From the IMG/VR virus record IMGVR_UViG_2832187548_000002, positions 157 through 64,156 of that record: 64,000 bases of DNA; one strand, written 5' to 3'. The notes below the pieces were generated by a model that was not told the origin of the DNA, did not search any database, and saw only the letters and a list, made by a program, of their open reading frames with translations. This DNA is from a virus (Duplodnaviria > Caudoviricetes). The position numbers were made by a program, and so were the translations under genes. This document shows, piece after piece, positions 46,553 to 54,433 of this stretch; within the stretch, counting starts at the first letter, position 1; every line of letters starts with the position of its first letter.

Positions 46553-47737
46553 TGTGGGCCGGATTGGGTACCGGGGCAATTTCAAGCGCGAAGCGCTACA
46601 ATCAACGTCGGTCCCCCGAACGTGCTCACCACATACGCCTATGAGGGGCAGAGCCTCAATTCTGCCGTAGGCCTCGCGGGTTCTGGCGCTCACCGCGTCT
46701 CACATTCAAACAGACTGGACCGCTCGCTTCCCACCCGGATTTTCACCGGCCTTAGCCTCGTCCGTCCGCTGCCTGAAAACTCGCCAGCGGGGCCGGGTCT
46801 CTAGCAACGCAGTGATCAGCTGCGCCCCATACTCCCGGCCCCTTCTCTGCTAGGCGTGCCGTTGCCCCTTCGGGCGAATGCTGCACGGACGACACCCGCA
46901 AGTGCCATTCTTGGCGGCCGTGCCCGCCACCTGCCGTCTGTTCGGCTCTTCGGGCATCCCGGCAGGTGGATGCTCCGTCAGCCCCTGCGCAGCGAGAAGG
47001 GTCCCACGCAGGCTCGGAAATTCCTGCCTCGGCTCGGCCCCGGCCTAACGGGGCTGTTCCACTTAAGGACTGCGATCCCCTTTTCCTTTCGGCGGGGCGA
47101 GGTAAAGCCGCCATTGCTGGCGTTCGGCGCACTTCGTGCCCTCTTGGGCGAAACCGGGTGAAGGGAAACAGCCGCGTGTGCTCCGGCCTATCCCTTCACT
47201 GCCCGTCTCTGACTCGCCAGCTTGGCCCGGGCCACGGGCCGGGGGCGGTGCTACGGAACAACGTTGCCCATTCGGGCGAATATCGGGCGAGGGGAATGAC
47301 CGTCGTCTCTCCCCTCGCTCTTGCCGGTGTGGGCTTTAGCGCCGGCCGCGCGCAAAATGACCGATCCCACTTCTACCAAGTCACGCATCCCGGCTTAGAC
47401 TTGGAATAGAGGCTGCTTAACGTCGTGGCCAAAGCCGTGACGCCGGGCTCTACTATTTCGCGGGGGTGCCTCTCGGGTAGTCACTCCCGGTCGGCTGAGA
47501 GGCTGACTAGGCCACTCCCCCCATTCCGTTGCCCATTCGGGCGAAACCGACAGAGTTTTACGACATGCAGCCAATTGGTCGAATATTGCCTTTCGGCCGG
47601 TGAATTACCCGAGGCGCTTTTTAAGCCGCTCGCCCATCGGCCCGGTTCTCTCCGCTCCGAGATCTCGCTCTCGGCGGCAAAGGCGCTGCAGGAACCGGAA
47701 ACCCCGCCCACCTTCTCGTATGCCCGCTAGGGCAAAT
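46551..47737 (-). ncRNA. Candidate large structured ncRNA or ncRNA array downstream of phage tRNA
   Basis: About 1.19 kb with no credible ORF, dense helices and GNRA loops, five conserved hairpins; lies between tRNA CCA and a terminator. Confidence 0.6.
46860..47736 (-). repeat. Five dispersed TGCCC-N4-GGGCRAA hairpin repeats
   Basis: 46860-46878, 47135-47152, 47262-47280, 47527-47545, 47717-47736. Confidence 0.85.
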
Positions 47738-47814
47738 TGGTTGCAGAGACCGGATTCGAACCGGTGACCCATTGGGTATGAACCAATCGCGCTAGACCGC
47801 TGCGCCACTCTGCT
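47738..47814 (-). tRNA. Phage tRNA with CAT anticodon (Met/fMet-like)
   Basis: Full cloverleaf, TTCGAAT T-loop, anticodon loop TTCATAC, encoded CCA; 77 nt. Confidence 0.9.
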
Positions 47815-47821
47815 GTCACCG

Positions 47822-47850
47822 AAGATGCAAACATATTTGCAAAATGTCAA
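47822..47850 (-). promoter_or_regulatory. tRNA/ncRNA promoter with operator A in spacer
   Basis: TTGACA-N17-CATCTT; ATGCAAACATATTTGCAA at 47825-47842. Confidence 0.7.
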
Positions 47851-47853
47851 CAC

Positions 47854-50598
47854 TCAATCCGCGCCAACAAGCGATGAAATGTGGAACATGAAGACTTTCT
47901 TGGGCGCGCCGTTGATCCGCATGGTTTTTCCCTCGTATACGCACGCAGGGTGTTGCTTGAGAACACCAGCCCAGCGCTTCCCAGCCCATGCCGTCTTTTC
48001 ATATAGACGGTTCAAGCCGTCGTGATCGGATCCGAAATACACTTCGCCGAAGCCGGGACACTCTGATTCGCCCGGAATCACCTTGATGCCGATTTTGGCG
48101 AGGGCCTGTTGCGCGGCCAAGTCCGAGCTTTCGAGAGAGTGCGGCGCGGCCTGCTGCGAAGCGGCATAGATGAGCGCGGAAATATTGTCCCGGCGTGACG
48201 GGTTCACCTCGATGCGCTGGTCAAGCAGATGGCTGACAGCCTGGTCGTGGTCCGCTTCCGTCTTCTGGCGCTCGGCCGCTGACAATGCCCAGCCATTGGC
48301 GTCGAGGATCTCGCGCGCTTCCTCGGGCGTCAGTTCGGTGTCGTGCAGAAGAGACCACCAGCCGGCAAGCGGCGCGGAAATGGTGTCCGCCATGCGGGCG
48401 TTGCCGGACTTGGCGGCGATCGCCGAACGGAAGGACGCCCAATTGTGCCGTATGGCATTCACCTGCCGAAGCGCACGCGCAAACAGACGGCTCCCAAAGT
48501 CGGGCGTCATCAGTTCCGCGAACTTGCGCACCACGTATTGGAAATTCGCTTCGCGTTCGGCCTTCTGATCCTCCGTTTCCTCTTCCGGCGCGCCTTCAAG
48601 CTTAAACTCAATGATGCGCGATTGGTCGGCCGCTTGCACGGCGCCTGTGTTGATGGACGAAAAAATGAAGCAGCTCCGAAGATGGAATTCGGTAGCCCGG
48701 CCACTGGCGCCGCCCTTGACGATTTTCGCACCCTTCTTCGATGACATCTGACGGGCGAGGTCCACGATCAGCTGCAGCCGTTCGCGGGCCTTCTCGTTCT
48801 GGCTTTCCGCCTCGTCGAAGATGACGGGCAGCGCATCGCGGCCCAGCTGCTGCCGGATCGCGGCCTCGGTCGTAGCGCCCTCATACTGGACAGCGAGGTC
48901 GCCCAAGATTTCCTTGGCCTTCTCCACGATGAATGTCTTGCCCGAGCCGCGCGCGCCGGTAAGCCACGCGTGTGTGCGCCAGGGCAGCACGCCGCAGATG
49001 GGCGCGACGAACAGCCAGCCGGCGAACAGCGGTGCCATGTCGGATGAGCGCCATGGAAGAGTACCGACAGCCTCAATCAGGCGTTCGCCACCAGCCGGGT
49101 CGAGGGGCTTGCACCGCTGCAATTCGATCTCGGGGCCGCTCTCATAGATATTGCGGCTGTCCTCGATGTGCATGGTCGGCATCGCTTTGCCGTCAACAAG
49201 CAAGCGGTTGCCGAGGTGAAGGACGACGCGCCCCTTGTCGATAACGAGGCCGCGGCCGACCACTCGGCTGGACTTGTAATAGCCAGCTGCGGTGCATGCG
49301 CGAATCATCGTGGCGCGCGCCTCGCTCCAATTGCACCCCGACTTGGCCGGGAATTCCGATTCCCAATAGCTGATATCGGCAAGGCTGCAGAAATAGGCCT
49401 CATTGTGCTGGGGAGGCGTCAAGGCCGTCACGATGTGGCTCGATGCGGACATATAATAATATGTCGTGCCGCCGGTGCCCGCCCCGTCATAGCCCAAGGG
49501 TATCGGGCCAAAGTCGCCGGGCATCCTGGCCATGGGCCTGGGCGTATCCGGCTGTTCGTCGGCCGTGCGTTCCGCTCGAGCCTCTGCCAGGCTGACGACA
49601 TTGTTCCCGGTAACTCGGGCCTCCACCATGTCGCGCGCAGGTTCGGGTTTGGGCTTGGGAAAGAACGCCTCTTTCACGGCGTCGAGGCCAGCGAGGGCGT
49701 GCAGATCATTGAAATCGGTGGGCGCCTTCCCGTCTGGCAGCAGTTCACCTGAAAATCGCGGGACAACCAACGTAGCGTTTATGGCACGCGCCGCGTCCGT
49801 TGCCTTCGTCACGCCGGGGTTGCCGGTGGTGAGGTGGTCGTTATCTGCGGCGAAGATGATTTTATGGTCCGGATACTTCTTCCGTATCGCCACCGCAACG
49901 GCAGCGAGGTTGCCGGCGTCAAAGGCAATGACGGTGCAGAAGCCCGTGGCCATGTGCACGGTGGCGGCCGTCGCGTAACCCTCGGCAATGACAATGGTGT
50001 CTGTCAGCTTGCCAACGGACCAATAGTTGCCGCCCTTTTTCCCGCCGACGAGGAAGCGCTTTCGGCCATCGGCCGCGATAGTTTGGACAGACCAAAGCTT
50101 GCCGTCCGACGACTTCAACGGGATCAGTAGCTTCCCGTCCTTCGTCATTTTCATGGCGTTGAACGGCTTCACCAGCTTGCGGACAAGATACGGGTGGTCG
50201 GCAGCGGCCGGGATGGCAGCCGCCATCATCTTGGCCGCTTTGTCCGCCGCCTCGGCATGGATTTTCGCCAGTTCGGCAGCCTGATTTTTCTTGTCTTCCT
50301 CGATCCGCTTTTTCAGCGCCGCGCGCTCTTCCGGTGTCATGGACTGGCCGCGCTTGGCCGTCCACGTCTCTTTCACGCCTTCCAAATAGTCGCCGAACGC
50401 GCCCGATGCCGGCTCGTTCAGGTGGAGAATGTACCAAAGGTGTTTCTTGTTCTTCGCCCGTCCGTTGTGGTCGACGCGGTGCAATTTGCCGTCCGCGATA
50501 AGCGGGCCGTCAAACGTGCAGCCAGCATTGGCCATGGCATCGCGGAAGGCGTCTTCTAGATCGGCTTCGGTATGCGCTTGCGTCGTCACAATCCGCAC
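47854..50598 (-). CDS. Toprim primase-helicase fusion
   Basis: HPYLVRK, IAEGYATA, FAADND, TDFNDL (Toprim); Walker A GARGSGKT and Walker B IFDEAE. Confidence 0.9.
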   Translation of the reverse strand: MRIVTTQAHTEADLEDAFRDAMANAGCTFDGPLIADGKLHRVDHNGRAKNKKHLWYILHLNEPASGAFGDYLEGVKETWTAKRGQSMTPEERAALKKRIEEDKKNQAAELAKIHAEAADKAAKMMAAAIPAAADHPYLVRKLVKPFNAMKMTKDGKLLIPLKSSDGKLWSVQTIAADGRKRFLVGGKKGGNYWSVGKLTDTIVIAEGYATAATVHMATGFCTVIAFDAGNLAAVAVAIRKKYPDHKIIFAADNDHLTTGNPGVTKATDAARAINATLVVPRFSGELLPDGKAPTDFNDLHALAGLDAVKEAFFPKPKPEPARDMVEARVTGNNVVSLAEARAERTADEQPDTPRPMARMPGDFGPIPLGYDGAGTGGTTYYYMSASSHIVTALTPPQHNEAYFCSLADISYWESEFPAKSGCNWSEARATMIRACTAAGYYKSSRVVGRGLVIDKGRVVLHLGNRLLVDGKAMPTMHIEDSRNIYESGPEIELQRCKPLDPAGGERLIEAVGTLPWRSSDMAPLFAGWLFVAPICGVLPWRTHAWLTGARGSGKTFIVEKAKEILGDLAVQYEGATTEAAIRQQLGRDALPVIFDEAESQNEKARERLQLIVDLARQMSSKKGAKIVKGGASGRATEFHLRSCFIFSSINTGAVQAADQSRIIEFKLEGAPEEETEDQKAEREANFQYVVRKFAELMTPDFGSRLFARALRQVNAIRHNWASFRSAIAAKSGNARMADTISAPLAGWWSLLHDTELTPEEAREILDANGWALSAAERQKTEADHDQAVSHLLDQRIEVNPSRRDNISALIYAASQQAAPHSLESSDLAAQQALAKIGIKVIPGESECPGFGEVYFGSDHDGLNRLYEKTAWAGKRWAGVLKQHPACVYEGKTMRINGAPKKVFMFHISSLVGAD

Positions 50599-51512
50599 CC
50601 CGCCTCAGCTGCACACGGCAAGGCCAACAGATTACCTTGGCCCCTGGCCTCAGCTGATGAAAAGTCGATGTCGGCGAGCGGTCGCAGTGAGCGGTGCACA
50701 AATTCCTGATGTTTCATGCCGGGCGTATTGCGGATCAGGGCGTCAATCTCACAGGCAGCCGCAAATGCTTCGGGGTCGTTCTCCTTCAACCACCGCCATT
50801 CCGCATTTTCCCTGAAAGGACAGTAGACGCACGCCGACTTTGGCGGCACGGGATACCCGTTTCGTTTCAACCATTCGATGCAATCGCCGCGCGACATTCT
50901 GAGTTCGAGCAATGGGAAGCGATTGACTGCCCATGCATCGAAGGATGCGCCGGCTCGTATGACCTCATCGGTAGAAATCCCGATCCAAATTTCGCACGAA
51001 CGGGCCGGAATTCGTTGGCGAGGCTGGAATCCCATCAGTGCCCGGTGGGCCTTCGTCAGCGGCTCGACCTTGAATTCGCGGGTGCACTGGCGTCTGCCCA
51101 TGCCGCCATTGGCGGTAAAGAAGGGGGCAACCGTGAACCGATGGCCTGATGACTGCTGCCGGTGACGGATATCATCGGAAAGCTTGCGTCCTGCGCTGAC
51201 GCGCTTCACCTCCATCTGCCCATTGGTCATGCGTGTGATCTCGCCTTCCAGCCAGTCGAGGTGACGCATCACGGACGCCGGCTCGTCGCCGGTGTCGGCA
51301 AACAGTATGACGTCAGGCCGGGGCCGAAGGTCGCCGCGCGCCGCCATAAGGGCAAGCGTGGTTGACTGGACACCGGCCCCGAGGGAAAGGGCGCGGAGTT
51401 TGACGCCTTCGACAGGCCCCCAACTCCACCCGCCCTTGCGCGTTTTGGTCCGTTGCCGCCGCCCGCCAACGCTTTTCGGCTCTTCGGTGGGACTCAGAAC
51501 AAGTTCCGTCAC
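50586..51512 (-). CDS. PAPS-reductase-like / adenine nucleotide alpha hydrolase family protein
   Basis: SLGAGVQS PP-loop, FADTGDE, RQCTREFK, KSACVYCPF. Confidence 0.75.
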   Translation of the reverse strand: MTELVLSPTEEPKSVGGRRQRTKTRKGGWSWGPVEGVKLRALSLGAGVQSTTLALMAARGDLRPRPDVILFADTGDEPASVMRHLDWLEGEITRMTNGQMEVKRVSAGRKLSDDIRHRQQSSGHRFTVAPFFTANGGMGRRQCTREFKVEPLTKAHRALMGFQPRQRIPARSCEIWIGISTDEVIRAGASFDAWAVNRFPLLELRMSRGDCIEWLKRNGYPVPPKSACVYCPFRENAEWRWLKENDPEAFAAACEIDALIRNTPGMKHQEFVHRSLRPLADIDFSSAEARGQGNLLALPCAAEAGCGL

Positions 51513-51910
51513 GGGCGCCCCCGCCGCAATGCTTCGGCCGCCTCGTCTTCGGAACGGACAGGAAAGGAAATTCCACCCGCATCATTCACGGCACGGATAA
51601 AATTGCGCTGCAGCTTGGTCGGCGGTTTGCCGTCGGGAGTTTTCACCTCGGGCGCCATGAAGATGGCGACGCGCTTCCCCACCATGTCGGGTGTAACCAC
51701 GACACTGTGCCAGCCGATGATATCGGCAGAGCCTTCGCAGAGGCCGAACCGGATTGGGCGTGGATGGCGCAGTAGAAGCGTGTCGCGCGTGTAGTCTCTA
51801 TGGACGACGTCGCCAACCCAGCCCATGCCGACGTTGTTCCGAAACGCCACTGTGCCGGCGATGTCCGACAGCCGCATGATGATGCGGCGCATAAGGTTGC
51901 CTTCCGACAT
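51509..51910 (-). CDS. VRR-NUC family nuclease
   Basis: FRNNVG, GSADIIG, EVKT...Q..FI..V...GG. Confidence 0.85.
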   Translation of the reverse strand: MSEGNLMRRIIMRLSDIAGTVAFRNNVGMGWVGDVVHRDYTRDTLLLRHPRPIRFGLCEGSADIIGWHSVVVTPDMVGKRVAIFMAPEVKTPDGKPPTKLQRNFIRAVNDAGGISFPVRSEDEAAEALRRGRP

Positions 51911-52251
51911 CACAGGCGCACCAGTGTCATGAGGATGCCTGTCACTGCGCAGCCGCAGATATAAGCGACTACCCACCGGCTGGGGGTGACGTAGCCAAGC
52001 AGTACTCGCGCCCGGTAGAACCGGGGCAGGGGAGGAACGAGATTTTCCGGCTTGACCGAGTCAACTACCACGTCGGCGTAGCGATACAGGGCCTCGGCAG
52101 TGGCGCGCGCGCCCACGACGCGGTGCATTTCGTCGATCGCCGCCGCCATCGCGCCCCGGCATACTGCGGCGCGGAACTCGGGGGACTGGTTACGGGTGCC
52201 GGCAAGCCAATTGCGAACAATGCCGCGAGCCGTGGAAATTGTGTCGGTCAT
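51910..52251 (-). CDS. Hypothetical protein with C-terminal TM
   Basis: Coupled to neighbours. Confidence 0.6.
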   Translation of the reverse strand: MTDTISTARGIVRNWLAGTRNQSPEFRAAVCRGAMAAAIDEMHRVVGARATAEALYRYADVVVDSVKPENLVPPLPRFYRARVLLGYVTPSRWVVAYICGCAVTGILMTLVRL

Positions 52252-52997
52252 GCCAGCAGTTCCCCCTGCTTCCACTCTTCAATAAACATGTCCTCTGCGA
52301 TGGCCTTTTCGATGCGGCGGCATGCGAGGTCGAAATAACGGGGATCCTTCTCGATCCCGATGAAGCGACGGCCATTTTTGGCCGCTGCGATGCCTGTGGT
52401 GCCGCTGCCCATGAACGGGTCCAGGAGCGTTTGGCCCATGCTGGTGAAATCGAAGATGAGATCGGTCATCAGCTTGACGGGCTTCTCTGTCGGGTGCGTC
52501 CCGTCTCGCCCGCGGCTGTTCGTGTTGCAGGTCCACACGCCCCGCTTGCCGCCCGCGAACCACTTAGCGTGCCCGCGTCCCGCCCAAGCCGCGATCATCA
52601 TTTCTGCGCCCTGGGCTGGGCCTTGGCCGTTGAACTGCGGGGCGGCGTCCGGCTTCACCCACACGCAGGCGCGCTTGTATTTCGCGCCATGGGTCTCGAT
52701 GGCATCCCGCCAGGCTGCAACGCCCTCGGGTGTGCAGAACACCAGCAGCCAGCCGTTCGACAGGCGGACCATTTCCTTCGTCGCAGCATCGCGAATTCCC
52801 GTGATGCTGGCGAAATCGATCTCTTTGAGGTTGGGGCCTTTGTCTTTGCGAAGCGCCTTTGCATGCGCTTTCGCATCGTGCACGTCGTCCTCGTATGGCG
52901 GGTCGCTGAAAACGTGATCCACCGGGTCGAGCGTGGGCATGATGTCGAGGCAAGAACCCTCGTACAGGGTGCAGGGGCCAATAATGGTAGGCGTCAC
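52248..52997 (-). CDS. DNA amino-methyltransferase (N6A/N4C, beta class)
   Basis: DPPY followed by HPTEKP and DPFMGSGTTG. Confidence 0.92.
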   Translation of the reverse strand: MTPTIIGPCTLYEGSCLDIMPTLDPVDHVFSDPPYEDDVHDAKAHAKALRKDKGPNLKEIDFASITGIRDAATKEMVRLSNGWLLVFCTPEGVAAWRDAIETHGAKYKRACVWVKPDAAPQFNGQGPAQGAEMMIAAWAGRGHAKWFAGGKRGVWTCNTNSRGRDGTHPTEKPVKLMTDLIFDFTSMGQTLLDPFMGSGTTGIAAAKNGRRFIGIEKDPRYFDLACRRIEKAIAEDMFIEEWKQGELLA

Positions 52998-54433
52998 CGG
53001 AACAGCCCCCCGTAATCGCGGTTGGCCTTTGCGTTCCGGCTCTGCATGACCTTCTTGGCCCAAAAGCCGGGGTTCTTGTATCCGCGCAGCTTGCCCAGCT
53101 GGATCAGTTCGGCCTCCGTCGTGGCCTTCCAAACCTCGACGCGTTCGGCCTTCTGCTGCTGTGCCTTGCGCACCTCCGTAAGTTCGCCTTCGGCCTCGAG
53201 AAGTGTCCGGCCCTCGACCGGATACTCGTATCCGCAGCGGCTGCAGACGGGTGCAGGCCGGTGAGCGTGGTAGCAATGCGGACAGCGCCGCATTTCGACC
53301 TGCGCCTCTTCCTCGTCGTTGAACTCGTCGGACTTCCGCTTGCGCTTTTTCCGGCCCTCAAGCGTCCATTCCCGATCATCGTCGGGATAGCCGTGGCCAC
53401 GTCCGCCAAGGTGGGTTGGAACGCTGTTGCCGGCGTGGTCGAGAATGATGGCCTCGGTCTTGCCTTCCGCAATGCGAAGGGCACGGCCGACCTGCTGCAG
53501 GTAAAGGGCCGTCGACCGTGTCGGCCGCGCCAGGGTGGCAACCTCGATGGCGGGCAAGTCGAAGCCTTCCGAAACGAGGTCCACCGACGACAGCACCTGA
53601 ATGCGGCCCGCTGTAAAGTCGTCAATGAGGTCGTCGCGAACCTTGGAATCGGTGTCGCCGTCGATATGGGCGGCGCGGTAGCCGGCGGCATTGAAACGGT
53701 CGACGACCGCAAGCGAATGCTTCACGCTGACGCAAAACACCATGTTGCGCTTGCCGGGCGCGATGCGGTGATAGTGCTCCACCATGTCGCCGATGAGCTT
53801 CGGCTTTTGCATGGCTGCCGACAGGTCATCCCTGTTGAAGTCGTTGCCACCCGCACGAACGCCGTCGAGGTCGGGCATCGCAGGCTGAAAAAGGCGATAG
53901 GGCGAGAGGTATCCGTTCTCTATCAGCCACGACACCTTTGGCCCCGGCACAAGCGTTTGGAACCACTGCGCAAGGCCATTGCCGTCCATACGCTCGGGTG
54001 TGGCGCTGAGGCCGACGTGCTTGGCAGACGCGTACTGCTCCATGACGCGTGCCCATGACGCTGCAGCGACGTGGTGCGCCTCATCCCAAAGCACCAAATC
54101 AAAGTGCTTGAAGAAGTCCAACCGGTTGGCCAGCGTCTGGATACCGCAGATCTGAATAGGCGCTCGCCTGTCACCGGTAATGCCGGCGCTGACGATGCCG
54201 AACGGAAGTCCGGCCCGGGTGAAGGTTTTCGCCGTCTGTTTGATGAGTTCGCGACGGTGGCAGATAAAGCCGACGCGAAGCCCCTTGCTTAAGGCGCTGC
54301 CGGACATGAACGAGGCCAGCACGGTTTTGCCCGAGCCGGTAGGGGATTGAAGCAGGACGCGGTCGAACGAACGCAGGGCGACCCGCGTGTCCTGAATCAT
54401 TTTGCCCTGGTAATCACGAAGGGAGACGCTCAC
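52994..54433 (-). CDS. SF2 DEAD/DEAH helicase with C-terminal Zn ribbon
   Basis: LRDYQ, PTGSGKT, DEAHH, SATP, EGFDLP, QQVGRALR, CPHC...CSRCG. Confidence 0.92.
   Translation of the reverse strand: MSVSLRDYQGKMIQDTRVALRSFDRVLLQSPTGSGKTVLASFMSGSALSKGLRVGFICHRRELIKQTAKTFTRAGLPFGIVSAGITGDRRAPIQICGIQTLANRLDFFKHFDLVLWDEAHHVAAASWARVMEQYASAKHVGLSATPERMDGNGLAQWFQTLVPGPKVSWLIENGYLSPYRLFQPAMPDLDGVRAGGNDFNRDDLSAAMQKPKLIGDMVEHYHRIAPGKRNMVFCVSVKHSLAVVDRFNAAGYRAAHIDGDTDSKVRDDLIDDFTAGRIQVLSSVDLVSEGFDLPAIEVATLARPTRSTALYLQQVGRALRIAEGKTEAIILDHAGNSVPTHLGGRGHGYPDDDREWTLEGRKKRKRKSDEFNDEEEAQVEMRRCPHCYHAHRPAPVCSRCGYEYPVEGRTLLEAEGELTEVRKAQQQKAERVEVWKATTEAELIQLGKLRGYKNPGFWAKKVMQSRNAKANRDYGGLFR

Noticed and set aside
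46529-47730. ORF-track ORFs in the tRNA-downstream region (e.g. 46752-47132, 46966-47409, 47425-47730)
   Set aside because: No convincing RBS, no recognisable motifs, Pro/Arg/Gly-rich translations typical of non-coding GC-rich DNA; cannot be fully excluded without homolog data
46860-47736. CRISPR array interpretation of the five hairpin repeats
   Set aside because: Spacing is irregular and long (about 127-275 bp), repeats are short and degenerate, and no cas genes are present
50586-51512. Complete Dnd/Ssp phosphorothioation or restriction-modification system
   Set aside because: No partner dnd/ssp genes or clear cognate restriction endonuclease recognised; the MTases look like orphans
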